The notes below the pieces were generated by a model. It saw only the letters and a list, made by a program, of their open reading frames with translations. It made no database searches and was not told the origin of the DNA. A DNA stretch of 64,000 nucleotides, taken from assembly GCF_006345805.1 (NCBI RefSeq), contig NC_042998.1, positions 151,094,001 through 151,158,000 on the forward strand, read 5' to 3'. The stretch is from Octopus sinensis. Lineage: Eukaryota. This document shows positions 27,788-41,149 of this stretch, in pieces. How positions within the stretch are numbered: the first letter of the stretch is position 1; every line of letters begins with the position of its first letter. A program made the position numbers and the translations under genes.

Positions 27788-28950
27788 TTGTGCAACAGCT
27801 AAAACATTCGGTTGTGCAAATTGTTTGCACAGGAAACCTGCCCTGTGTGGCGGTTTTTGCCGTTTTTGTGGATCTGTTTCAGCTTTTATAGCGATTTCTG
27901 TTTTGGCGACTTCAAGCCATGAAGTCGTTGTTCTAAAAGAACGCTGGTCTCCTTGACAACGCTTTACGACGTTGATTTCCCTACCCTGCCTTCCCTACAG
28001 CTTCACGAGGGAGGGAAGAAGGAAAGGAGCTACACAGGTGCAGGTGCGAGCATGAACGCCAACGCCGCCACCGACACACGAAAAAATTGGAAGAACCCAG
28101 ACGACAGCTTCAGCCACCACCACCACCACGACCAACACCATCACCACTACCACCATGACCACCACCACCACCACTACGCCCATGACCATCACCACCACCA
28201 TCACGAAGACCACGACGACGACGACCACCACCACCACCATCATCACCCCCCACCACCACCACCAACAACAACAACAACACCACCACCACCACCACAAACA
28301 CGACGACCACCACAACCACGACCACCATCACCACTACCAGCACCAACGCCACTACCACCACCACCGCTCCCACTACCACCGCCTCCACCACCACCATACT
28401 ATCCCTCTGCTCTCTCCTTTTGGCTACTAAATCCATTACCATATTTCACAAGTACCATCGCCATACAATATTGCCTTCAAAAGTTTGTGTTTGGATAATA
28501 TTTTTTAAGTAAAAGTTGTGCAACAACTAAAACATTCGGTTGTGCAAATTCTTTGCACGGGAAACCTTCCCTGTGTGGCGTGTTTCCCGATTTTGTAGAA
28601 TTGCTTTCGGGCTTTCTTAGCCATTTCTGTTTTGGTGTCTTCAAGCCATGAAGTCGTTGTTCTAAAAGAACGCTGGTCTCCTTGACAACACTTTACGACG
28701 TTGATTTCCTTACACTCCCTTCCCACAGCTTCACGAGGGAGGGAAGAAGGGGGAGAAGCAACACAGGTGCAGGTGTGAGCATGGACGCCAACTCCGCGCC
28801 ATCGACACACGAAAAAATTGGAAGAACCCAGACGACAGCTTCACAGTCATATACTACTACGGACACCTCTGCCACAAACACCACCACCATTACCACGACG
28901 ACCAACACCAGCACCACTACAACTACCACCATGACCACCACCACCACCAC
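27788..28950. repeat. About 730 bp tandem unit (about 325 bp unique plus CAC-rich tract), 1.6 copies
   Basis: ttgtgcaacaRctaaaacattcggttgtgcaaatt at ~27788 and ~28516; both end in gaagaacccagacgacagcttca followed by CAC repeats. Confidence 0.85.
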
Positions 28951-29095
28951 CAAGGTCGATTTGCTCGAGTAAATGCGGTGCTCCAGCATGGCCACAGTCA
29001 ATGCTGAAACAAGTAAGAGTAAAAGAATATTCTGTTAGATAATTTTTCATATAATATATATATCTTTTTCATATATTTATATATATATATATTTC

Positions 29096-29155
<60 letters not shown>

Positions 29156-29248
29156 TAGTTATCGTAATAATAGGGTATAATTAATTTGGAATAAATCAAT
29201 TCACCAAGTAGTCGTCGGCATGTAAAGCCTCATTGAGGAAAATTTAAG

Positions 29249-29418
29249 TATACTAAGCAATAGGGTTCAGCAACGATTGCCTACCACATACCGATTTAGA
29301 AATAGCAGTCAAAGGGTTAAGCTATTTCTTCTAGTAAAGAAATAGCTATAACCCTTGCTGCTATTTCTAATTCGGTATGTGGTAAGGCAATCGTTGCTGA
29401 ACCCTATTGCTTAGTATA
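29249..29418. repeat. Foldback (82 bp arms, 6 nt loop) of element family P3
   Basis: Arms 29249-29330 and 29337-29418. Same family at 44771-44961 and 45371-45648. Confidence 0.85.
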
Positions 29419-29639
29419 TATATATATGATATATATATATATATATATACTATATATACAAATAGTATCGCCCGCGTTGCTCGGGTTGTAAGGGAAATAA
29501 CTATATAAGCATTTTTAGAAAGTTATAGCCAAAAATTAGCAAAAAAATGCATTAAAGATGGAAAAAATGTGTAAACAACATGAAATACGTAAAGAAGCGA
29601 GTTAAATACGTAAACAACGAGAGGGAAAATGGTAAACAC

Positions 29640-30560
29640 AGAGAAACGACCCTTCATCAGTTGTCGGCTGTCTAGCACGCCGAGCAAAATCTAAGCGGTA
29701 TTTCGTCTGTCTCTACGTTCTGAGTTCAAATTCCGCCGAGGTCGACTTTGCCTTTCATCCTTTCGGGGTCGATAAATAAAGTACGGATTAGAAAAACAGC
29801 CAACAACTGATGAGGGGTCGTTCTTTATGTTGTTTGTCTTGTTTTCCATTTGTTTCTTTCGTTGTTCGCAAAAAAAGTTCATATTCCATGTATTCGCATT
29901 TCGTATTTCATGTTTTTGCATCTTATGTTGTTTACGTTCTGTGACGTCCGGTGTCCACATATGCATATGTATATACGTATATATGTAAGTATGTACATAT
30001 ATACGCATATATATATATATTATCTATATTATCATATGATTAAACGCTATGCATCCATTTCCAAGTGAGTTTTATCTTAATAATTCTGATGCGACACTGC
30101 TGTTCTATTCTTTTGTTTCTTTCCTTCTGATTCAACTGGAGGAATCAGACGCATTTTGTCTGTCTCCTGTCCAAGCGTACTTTACCTGCGTTTGCCACCT
30201 CACCTCGTTTAGGCTTAGCACCCTTTGCTGTTTGTCTTCACTGTCCTGTTTTTGTTACCAATTTTGACCCTGCGCAAAATCTTAAATTTTATTTAATTCG
30301 TTTGCGGGAGCTTGTTTTCGAAGGCGCATCTTGTAGTAAATTGCTCGAAATACGGATCAGAAAAGCAGCTGACGACTGATGAAGGGTTGTTCTTTGCGTT
30401 GCTTGTCTTGCTTTCCATTCGTTTCTTTCGTTGTTCGCAAAAAAGTTCGTATTCCATGTATTCGCATTTCGTGTTTCATGTTTTCGCATTTTATGTTGAT
30501 TACGTTCTGTGCCCACATATGCATATGTATATACGTATATATGTGGGTATGTACATATAC
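29640..30560. mobile_element. Cluster of family P4 short elements plus a SINE B fragment (29675-29790)
   Basis: ctgatgaRggg.tcgttcttt..ttcgttgttcgcaaaaaa at ~29807 and ~30376; reverse copy at ~29645. Confidence 0.55.
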
Positions 30561-30609
30561 GTATGTGTATATGCATATATATATTATTTATATTACACAC
30601 ACACACGCA

Positions 30610-30669
<60 letters not shown>

Positions 30670-30862
30670 AGAAAATGGAGAAACAAATTCATCTCGTTCA
30701 TCAACTTACGGTTATTACAATTTTAAATTATTTATTAATTATAGAAATTGGAACATCAAAATCAAACAAAAAATTATATAAATCAATATGTAATAATAAT
30801 AAAAATAATACAAATACATATTTTAATAGTCATATTATAAATTATTGAAATTCATAAACTAC

Positions 30863-30994
30863 TCCTTACAGCTGTTTCAGCTTATGGTCAAGGGACAATT
30901 CAACTTATATTGCCTATAGATGTCAGTATATCATGGTTTTAGACATTAAAAATTATACTTATATGTTAAAAGAACAATAGGCCTCGTCAGAGGA
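30863..30994 (-). ncRNA. Type I hammerhead motif with a ~105 nt helix II region
   Basis: Minus: UCCU-CUGACGA-GGCCUAU...AUAAGCU-GAAAC-AGCU-GUA-AGGA. Confidence 0.8.
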
Positions 30995-31100
30995 TATAAT
31001 TAACTTGAAAAGTATAATAATAATATTGATATACAACACATGCAGCACTTATTTTCCAATATATACAAATAAATAATAAAACAAATATCCAAAATACATG

Positions 31101-31174
<74 letters not shown>

Positions 31175-31462
31175 AAGAACAAACTTACTTTTTAGAAATG
31201 GATGCGTGCGTTCTGTCGTGTAATAACAAATTATAAATAAAACATATGCATATATACATACATATATGTACGTACCTACATCTACATGTATATATACATG
31301 CATATTTGGATACAGGACACCAAAAAAACTTTGAACACAATGAGAAACGAAAACATAAACACAAAACCAAGGAACTGGACATTTTCCTTAGACAACGAAA
31401 AAAAAAATATATATATATATAACTAATGTAGAATAATTTTTTTTTTCTTTTGCCCTATTTTA

Positions 31463-31495
<33 letters not shown>

Positions 31496-31509
31496 ATCAC
31501 GTGATCACG

Positions 31510-31745
31510 TGACCGACCAGACCATCAGATGTTGTTACACATCAGATGTTGTTACAACAGAAGAAAGAGTGGGAGAAAGAATGTTGAAATAGTACAACAG
31601 GGATCACCACCCCCTGCCGGAGCCTCGTGGAGCTTTGTAGGTGTTTTCGCTCAATAAACACTCACAACGCCCGGCCTGGGAATCGAAACCGCGATCCTAC
31701 GACCGCGAGTTCGCTGCCCTAACTACTGGGCCATTGCGCCTCCAC
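31510..31745 (-). mobile_element. tRNA-derived SINE (distinct family)
   Basis: A-box TGGCCCAGTAG, B-box GGTTTCGATTCC, then ttgtgagtgtttattgagcgaaaacacc. Confidence 0.75.
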
Positions 31746-31781
<36 letters not shown>

Positions 31782-32054
31782 ATATATATGTATATATATA
31801 TGAATATATATATATATATACGTAGAAAAAAATATACAAATATGCATACATATACATACATAAAGAACAACATTGAACATTAATATATTACATTACACTG
31901 GGTATATCGTGCGTCGTATAGTCAAGTAAATGCATTGTAATGTATATATACTACCACATTTAACAGTACCAACAGTATTATTGTTTTAACGATAGTACTA
32001 AACAACGTAACAAAAATTCATGAAACAAGGTATGAAGTATAGATATTCACACAT

Positions 32055-32087
<33 letters not shown>

Positions 32088-32088
32088 A

Positions 32089-32336
32089 TGCACAAACAAA
32101 ATATTTTCGTATGAGTATATTAATCATAGAAACATAATCTAGATATTACTTAATGCATCCACGTAGCACGAACAAAATCAATTTTAGAATCCAGAATATT
32201 CAATCCAAACTATATGTCTAAGTTATGTATATATATGTGTGTATATATATTTACATATATGTGTGTGAGAATGTGTGCGTAAATGTTGAACAGTGAAGAT
32301 GAGTGCTCAACACCTCATTGGTGGATATATATATAT

Positions 32337-32388
<52 letters not shown>

Positions 32389-32580
32389 GAGAGAGAGAAA
32401 GATAGATAGGTAGATAGATATATTCACATACACACACAGACACACACACATGTATACTTAGGAACGTATGTGTGAAGCATGTAGAAATATTCAGTATAGT
32501 TAAATGTATATTTATGTATATACTATATGTATAAATATATATATGCACACTCACACCCTCATATATACATGCCCATATAT

Positions 32581-32617
<37 letters not shown>

Positions 32618-33053
32618 CGTGTGTGTATGTATGTGTATATGTATGTGTGAATATATATATATATGTATGTGCGTGTGTATGTATTTATGTATGTATTGTA
32701 TGTATGTATGTATGTATGTATTCACACACAGACACGCACACACACGCACAACACACACACAACACACACACACACATATATATATATATATGCACAAACA
32801 AAATATTTCGTATGAGTATATTAATCATAGAAACATAATCTAGATATTACTTAATGCATCCACGTAGCACGAACAAAATCAATTTTAGAATCCAGAATAT
32901 TCAATCCAAACTATATGTCTAAGTTATGTATATATATGTGTGTATATATATTTACATATATGTGTGTGAGAATGTGTGCGTAAATGTTGAACAGTGAAGA
33001 TGAGTGCTCAACACCTCATTGGTGGATATATATATATAGAGAGAGAGAGAGAA

Positions 33054-33102
<49 letters not shown>

Positions 33103-33281
33103 TAGATAGGTAGATAGATATATTCACATACACACACAGACACACACACATGTATACTTAGGAACGTATGTGTGAAGCATGTAGAAATATTTCAGTATAG
33201 TTAAATGTATATTTATGTATATACTATATGTATAAATATATATATGCACACTCACACCCTCATATATACATGCCCATATAT

Positions 33282-33316
<35 letters not shown>

Positions 33317-33443
33317 CGTGTGTGTATGTATGTGTATATGTATGTGTGAATATATATATATATGTATGTGCGTGTGTATGTATTTATGTATGTATATGTA
33401 TGTATGTATGTATGTATGTATTCACACACAGACACGCACACAC

Positions 33444-33475
<32 letters not shown>
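32089..33475. repeat. Recent ~702 bp tandem duplication
   Basis: Copies start at 32089 and 32791 and differ almost only in microsatellite length. Confidence 0.9.
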
Positions 33476-34037
33476 GTCCGAGGCCATTGAAACTGGCGAA
33501 CTGTTCAACTATATTTTCGCTTTATTTATGTGCTGTTTTAACATTTACAGCAATTTTTTAAATACACTCGTTTATAACTATTTTATTGTCACTTTCGTTT
33601 GTTCTTATACTCTGACCCCTCCCTCCACGCACGTGCACACACACACACACATACAAGCATATGTTTCTTTTCTACCTCTCTCCCACTTTCTCTCTCTCTC
33701 TTTCCTTCTCTGTTTCTCTTTGTCCCTTCTTTTCTTTCTCCTTTCTTCTTAACTCATACTAGCCACACATGCTGCCTTCTCACCCGCCACCAACCCTCAA
33801 TATTTTCAACAACAAAACTTCGATGACGGAGATGACGTCCACATTTCGAACGAACACACACAAGCACGCACACACACACACACGCACACACACGCACGCA
33901 CACGCACACATACGCACTCATACATACGCACGCACACACGCACACACACTCGCGCACGCATGCTCACACACACGCACGCACGCGCACACACATACACGCT
34001 CACAAACACACAACACACACGTACGCACATATACATT

Positions 34038-34092
<55 letters not shown>

Positions 34093-34607
34093 CATGGGAT
34101 CTGCCTGCATTTCAAAAATTAAAGTTTATCTGAAACTTTAAAATTTGGTACAATAATATACTTTCTCAAGCTCAATTGCTGGAGTTACTTCACATTTTCC
34201 AGAAAAATGTTCTTAACAAATTATAGCACCGAGTCAGGAAACAGGATTTGGAAGCTGTTATCCTGAAAATATCACGTGTTGTCAATATTTATAAACAACA
34301 CGTGTGTGCGAGAGATTCGAAATAAAGGCACCTACCTTCTCTTCGCTCTGATGGAGATCCTTCAACGGTAACAGATCCTTCGACACAGCCCGACCTGAAC
34401 GCTAGAGATAGCAGCTGCTTCACCCAACCATAACAACGTGAATCGCCCGTCTTAACCCTTCGACGAACTGACTTGAAAAAGGCAGAAATCCCCGCGCGCT
34501 GCGCGCGCGTCCCGGCTGCCCCTTCCGGTCAGCCCCAACTTCCGGCCAGCTCCTCAGCTGCTGACGTCATCCCACACGCCACCCTGATCTTAAAGATCAC
34601 AATCTCT

Positions 34608-37380
34608 CTACTCCATGTCGTAGTCCACCATCCAACCGGGAGGGCGCCTTGCGCGTCGAGATCTTCTCAAGCTGGGCACCTCGTTCTCCCCCTCTCCACA
34701 ATCGTCGTCCGTCGAAGCGACAAACCTGCGAAGGTCCAAGCCGTGTCGCGGCATTCCATCCACGGAGACGTTTCTGGAATTGACCGCCGTCACCGTTCCT
34801 CTGCTCCATTGAGACGTACAGCGCGCCTTTGGTGGTTTAACCAAGACTTCCTCCCCTATTTTCATGCAAACGGGTCCCTTCTCTTCCTCGTGGCCCTCCG
34901 GGGCTTTGCTCGGGTGCCTCCATTCAGATTTAAATACAGCTCTCTGCGGCACAGATTCCTCAGCTTGTCCGGATCGGGGGACAAGTTGTACCAAAAAACT
35001 GCTTCAAGCGGCGAAATGTGCCCTCTTTCCGCTATGGCCTTGACTGTCCGATGGTGCCTCTCTACGATCCTGTTACCGCTCGGCCTATACGCTGCTCTGA
35101 ACAAGCAATGCACCTTCCACCGATCAAGCATAACCCTCAATGCTTCCGAACGAAACGCCGCCCCATTGTCCATCAGCAGTTCTTCCACGGGACCTCTCTC
35201 TAAAAATATCTCGTTCAAGATCTGCGCGATCTCGTCAGCAGTGCCCGTTCTCAACTCCCTCCAAATGGCCAGCCGGCCCGGCCCGCAGTCGACCATGGAG
35301 ATATACATTCCCTGACGGTAGTGCGTCACATCCACAGCTAGCCTTTTCCAGTTGTGCTCCACCGACAGGCTTCCCTGTTCATGCCCACACGGAGCAGGGT
35401 CGATAGACTGACACCTGTCGCAGCTCCCGACCACTTTCTGGATGCTTCTCCTAGTGACGTCAGCATCAATTTTCTTCGCCAGAGACAGGGTCCTGTCCAC
35501 ACTCAGGTGATGCATAGCATGCAGTCTCTTCAGTTCAGAGTCATCCAACCGACACGCCGCAGCTATCCCTTTCCGGGCCTTCTCCCGTTCTTCCAACCAC
35601 GCTCTTTTCACCCTGGTCAGTGCGTCCGCCCTGTTTTTCTCCCAAGGCACGAAAACCACATTCAGCTTCAGTCCGAACTCGGCGATCAATTCACCTAGAA
35701 CTCCTAGACGGCGCTAGGACATCTCCGCGGCACCTTTCGTCTGCACTCTCCTTTCCCCGGTAATCACCGATCCTACCCAGCCAAGCATAGTGGCCGAATC
35801 CGTTCGGATTTCAATTGTGCGCAGCCCCCATTTCAGGGCCAAGTTCACCCCTTTCAGCACCGCGTCTAATTCGGCGACATTGATGTGGTTGAAGTCATCT
35901 GCTTTCCGAAGCCAGGCCGCGTCCTCCACCGCAGCGCCTTCGATTGCCAACACAACCCCTATCGCTATACTGCTAGCATCACACCAGACGGTCACGCATT
36001 CCGTCTTGGGAACGTACCAGTTGCCCCTGACAGGGTCTTCCGCTCTCGTCCTCTCTAGGATTTCCTGCATCATCGCCACCGTCCCTTCTCCCACCTTGTC
36101 GCCCCAACTCTCCCCCTCTGCTCGTCTCTTGGTGTAACTGCACGCCGTGCGCAGCCATCCAGCGATCGGGTAGTGACCGACCAACTTCCCACACACCAAG
36201 AACAGCTCTCTCCTGCTGACGCTGGAACTCAGCTCTGGGATTTCATTCCCTCTCCGGAACACCAATTCACCCGATCTATCTCTTCGCAGCTTCAGCTCCA
36301 GCGCGGCTCCCCCTTCCATCGACTCCGGTGGCTTCGCAATTAGTCCGAACTTCTCCAGATGTCTAACTACCTCGTTGGCTGGCACTACAGTTTCGTCCTC
36401 CAAAATGTCGTCAATGTAGGAGCTGGTGGCCTTTCTAATCTTGCCGTCTTTCCCTAAGACGGACTTAAGCACTGCCGCCATGATTTTCGGAGCGGAATTC
36501 AGCCCGAAACCCAGCCTGGTTAAACAGTACGTCCGACCTTTGTACCGCACCAGCTGATATCGCCACAGTTTGTCGCTCACATGGAGCTGCAAGTATGCCA
36601 ATTTCAAGTCGACAATCGTCGCTGCCTCGGTCGACTGTCTCCACGCACGTAACGTCTCGCCACAAACGTCTGTCGCCTCACCTCCCGTGTGACACGATAT
36701 ATGCTGGTTTAGCTCCCTGAAGTCCAGCACCGGTTTGACTTTTCCCTTCGTAGGCTGCACCACCGCCATCAGGGGTAGCACTCCGCCCGCTACCTCCTCC
36801 TTCCAAGGGACAAGGACCCCTTCCTCGATCCACCTCTCCACCTCGTCTTCAAACTCAACCCTGGCGTGGCCTTTCAGGGTATGCTGGTAACAGCTCACTC
36901 TGTTTTTCAGCATCGGGGGCTCGTCCTTCCATCGCCACTCTATCGTCCACCGCTGACCATCGAACGCCGCCTAAAAGTCTTTGTCCTCGATGGTGTAAGC
37001 GGCGCAGTCCCTCGCGGGGCTTTGCTCTCTCTGACGATCCTGACCTCATTTCCCAAAACACTGACGCCACCGAGGCGGTTGATGGTGTCCATCCCCATCA
37101 CCACATCAACCCCATCTATCACGCGTTCAGCCACAATTACCTGCAGCCTTAGCGTCGCGCGGCGCACCACTATCTCTACATTGCTGCTGCCTCTGCAACG
37201 GATTTCGCTGCCGTCGACCGCCCGGACGCTACTTGCCCCGTTCCATTTCTTCGTCACCCTTGAAGTCACAAGGGTTCGTACAGCCCGTATCCACGAGGGC
37301 TTTGAACGTCTTCCCCTCGGCAACCACGTCAATTAATGGCAGCGTCTCCAATAGCGCCTCTACTTGTTTGCGGGGAAAGT
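34608..37380 (-). pseudogene. Pol (protease, RT, RNase H, integrase) with frameshifts and an in-frame stop
   Basis: LVDTGC; YIDD; CDAS..AELD..RTDS; HH..CC, DVTH, MDNG, VERHH. In-frame TAG at 35714-16. Confidence 0.92.
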
Positions 37381-38116
37381 TCGAGAGGCAGCAACTTCCC
37401 CGCGGTCGTTTCCCTGGTCGCAATCACGGGCGATGTGCCCTGTCTGCCTGCATCGATAGCAAACGGGTCCCAGTTGCGTACAGTCCCGCGTCATGTGCGA
37501 CCCCTGACATCTAAAACACCGACCTGAGAACGGCCGGTGTCGTTGCATAGTAGGCTTCTGTACGTCTTTCTCCGGTCGTTGTCCGTCTTTACGCACCGCC
37601 ATCGCTATCGCCTTCCGCCCAGAGTGTCGTGTCAACACGCGGGCTTGAGTCACAAGTTCGCTCAGTGCCATCTTTTTAATCCCGGGCAATCGTTGTAGGT
37701 GAATCCCTACATCGTCGGGGAACCCATTTACAAACGCCAGTCGCGCTGCTCTCTCCAGCAGTTCTCCTGTAAACCCGGCCAGCATCGCTAACCTTCGAAC
37801 CTCCACCGCGTACTCGTCCACCTGTCCTCCCGTCCATCTTGATCGTACCCAGTTTAGCAAAAGCTGTGTATTCACACTCTGTGTAGGCATCCCGCAGACG
37901 TTGCTCTATCTTTTCCTCGCTCAGGCGTTCCTCCTCGTCCATCTCAAGATATAGCGTCAACGCGCTCCCTTCTAAATACAGCGCCATAAGACTTGCCACA
38001 TCGCTTATACCTTGCAGTCTTGCCACCAGCCTGATTTTACGAATCCAGGCCGCTCCATCGCCTTCACCATTAAAGGGTCTAATGATGTCGCTGGCGATCC
38101 TGATTTTCGCTGCCAT
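37360..38116 (-). pseudogene. Gag with two CCHC knuckles (frameshifted)
   Basis: CFRCQGSHMTRDC and CYRCRQTGHIARDC. Confidence 0.85.
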
Positions 38117-38679
38117 CGTGGCGACGACTTATATGGATCGCCGAAATAGCTTGTAGTGTGTGCGAGAGATTCGAAATAAAGGCACCTACCTTCTCTTCGC
38201 TCTGATGGAGACCCTTCAACTGTAACGGATCCTTCGACACAGCCCGACCCGAACGCTAGAGATAGCAGCTGCTTCACCCAACCTTAACAACGTGAATCAC
38301 CCGTCTTAACCCCTCGACGAACTGACTTGAAAAAGGCAGAAGGATGCCCTAACAAAGGCTAGGAGTCCTTCACTCCCAATGGTTTAACTGCGCGATCGGG
38401 TATTCAGTCCGATTATTTCTATGTCCCCGCGCATGATACAGCCTTAAGACATTTATTGGATGGCCGTTGACTCTCAAGAGTTCCTCCGCCCTTTGACGGG
38501 ATTTGTTTTTCATCCCGCAGGGTGTCCAATAAACACCCTCCTCACCAATCAAGCTTGGTGGGGTTGCCGGTTTAGTCGCCGACGACCCGACCATGCAACA
38601 TGTTGTACTGGGTTACATGTTACCAGTAGCACTCGAAAGTGAGCTGACATAAACATACACACATAAACATACATACATA

Positions 38680-39110
38680 CATACTCTCTTTCCCTTCTCT
38701 TCCCTTCTTTCCCTTCTTCCCCCTTCTTCCCTCTTCTCCCTCTTCTCTCTTCTTCCCTCTTCCCTTCTCTCTTTCTCTCTGCTCGCTCACTCCCCTTCTC
38801 TCCCCCCCTCCGTCTCCCTCCTCCTCCTCTCCGCCTCTCTCCCCTCCTCCTCTCCCTCTTCTTTCTCCTCTCCTCTCTCTCTCCTCCCCTCCTCCTCCTC
38901 TATATCCTACTCTCCCTCTCCCTCCCCCTCTCCTTCTCTCCCTCTCCCCCATCCTCCGTCGCCCCTCTCCTCCTCTCTCTCCTCATATTCCCCCCTTCCC
39001 CTCTCCCTATAAACCCACCCACCCGTACTCCACCTTCCCTATCCTTCCCACCCCCTTTCCCCACTCTGCCCCACCCTCCCCTACACACCTACACACCTCT
39101 CCCCCACATA
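38680..39110. repeat. Polypyrimidine (CT-rich) tract
   Basis: Direct reading. Confidence 0.9.
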
Positions 39111-39510
39111 CCTCCCCCACATACCTCCCCCATATCCCATACCCTCCCCCACATACCTCACGTCTAACCCACAGCACACCACCCACAGACCCATCCCCAC
39201 ATCTTTAGACATACTTACACATATCACATCACAATACACTACCCACACACCCATCCCCACATCTCCACATCCACACATGCATACACACACACGTCCAGAC
39301 CACCAGCCCTCTTTCACACGCACATACATACTCTCTTATACACACACGCACCTTTGTGTTGGGGGGTACCATCGTTTTGGAAGTCACTTGACCCTGTTAT
39401 CTCCCCTACTGTCCTTCTCGCGTCTGACCACTGTCAGGACGCCATGATAGATCGTTAGCTCCTACACGCATTTTTTTCTCTCCTTGTTTCTCTCCTTTTT
39501 TTTCTGTGTA

Positions 39511-39548
39511 TCTTTCTGTCGAAGAGCGTCGGCTCGAAACGTAAAAGA
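39511..39548 (+). ncRNA. Minimal hammerhead motif with A6U core (CUGUCGA)
   Basis: TCTTT-CTGTCGA-A-GAGC(GTCG)GCTC-GAAAC-GTA-AAAGA. Confidence 0.65.
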
Positions 39549-39644
39549 CTTTTTCTATTTCTATTCCTGAGCGCTATACTAATACAATTGTTTGTTTGTA
39601 CTCCACCTGCCTTCGTCTTTTGTTTATTTTCGTAAACCTTCCCG

Positions 39645-39728
<84 letters not shown>

Positions 39729-39899
39729 CATACATTCATTATGTGTTTGTATGTGTTTTATGTGTGCGTTGTGTGGGTGCGTGTGTGTTTTTGTAGTGTA
39801 TATATATGTGTGTGTGTGTATGTATGTATATATATATATATGTGTGTGTGTGTGTATGCATGTATGTATATATATATATATATGTATGTATATATGTAT

Positions 39900-39955
<56 letters not shown>

Positions 39956-40066
39956 ATCAATATTAATATTAAGAAAGTTATTTCCTAGTCCACGTGTGTG
40001 TTTATGTACGTGTATATATATGTGTGTGTGTGTGTATGTATATATATATATATATGTCTCTCTCTC

Positions 40067-40114
<48 letters not shown>

Positions 40115-40132
40115 TATATATATACATACATA

Positions 40133-40720
40133 CAGGTTGCGATGGGTAAATTGTTACCATTTTATATGTTTATATGTTTTATATGTTTTATATGTTTATA
40201 TGTTTAATTTTGCGCATGTGCATTGTTTGTTTTTGATTTTGTCAACTACACATTATAGGAGGGTCTGTTGGACACCGTCTGTGAGAAAAATAGCTACATG
40301 ACCCAATTCACTCTGCCAGAAATTTGGAAACGACATGCTGTACTCCTTGGCGTTCCCGCCGGAAGCTCCAATACGAACATTTCAGATTGTTTGGGCGTCA
40401 AGCTGAGGACAGTGCAGACTTCAACCCCCTTGATTATTATGTGTGGAGCGCAGTTGAGCGAGAGACAAACAAGAATCCTCGTAACACCAAAGATGAACTG
40501 AAGGCAAAGATTGTAGCAGCATTCACCAACATAAACAAGGAGACCGTCCAGAAGAGTTGCAGGACATACCGAAGCCGTCTGGAGGACGTGGTTGAAGCCA
40601 ATGGCGATTTTAATATTTCAAGATATCTTTTTGTAATTTTGGTAAATATATCTGTTAAAATGACATATCAGTTTTATTTTCATTATTGCGTAATTTAAAC
40701 AATTTATTCATCGCACTCTT
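40133..40720 (+). mobile_element. Internally deleted Tc1/mariner element
   Basis: TIR caggttgcgatgggtaaattgt versus acaatttattcatcgcac; peptide SADFNPLDYYVWSAVE..RLEDVVEANGD. Confidence 0.8.
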
Positions 40721-41149
40721 CGTGCGTTGGTAAGTGCCAACGCACGAAACTCCCCTACCTTGAGCCACTCTGTTGCTTATTCTGATGGATGAAGTGGAAG
40801 ATGAGACTGTGTGTCACAAAGGTATATTGATTACCCCTTTCTTCCCAAATATTTTGCAAAACTCTTCTCTGCTATGCGTTTCGCAAAGCACGGCTGATCC
40901 ATATGTGTCTCAGATAAGCATCATGAATGTTGATTCAACTGAAACATTACTGAACTCGTTTCTTGTTGATACTTTTCTTTTCATCATGAAGATGGGGTCG
41001 GGAGTCCGATTCCTACCGACTCGTGTTCTTCACTTCCATTTTCTGACATTTATTTTGAAGATGCCCACCTAATTAAATGTCCAGCATATGAACTATCGTT
41101 AGATTTTTACTAAAACATTTTAGTTGTATGTAAACCAAACTATTTCAAT

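Larger units (their letters stand above)
34302..38341 (-). mobile_element. Ty3/Gypsy LTR retrotransposon, decayed, with partial LTRs
   Basis: 3' LTR 34302-34601 next to a polypurine tract; 5' LTR remnant 38152-38341 (about 7 differences in ~186 bp); gene order gag-PR-RT-RH-IN. Confidence 0.95.

Noticed and set aside
38490-38640. Possible HDV-like ribozyme in an RTE-type 5' fragment (also ~47150-47240)
   Set aside because: Hairpins are present, but I could not assign the nested double pseudoknot by eye. A descriptor search is needed.
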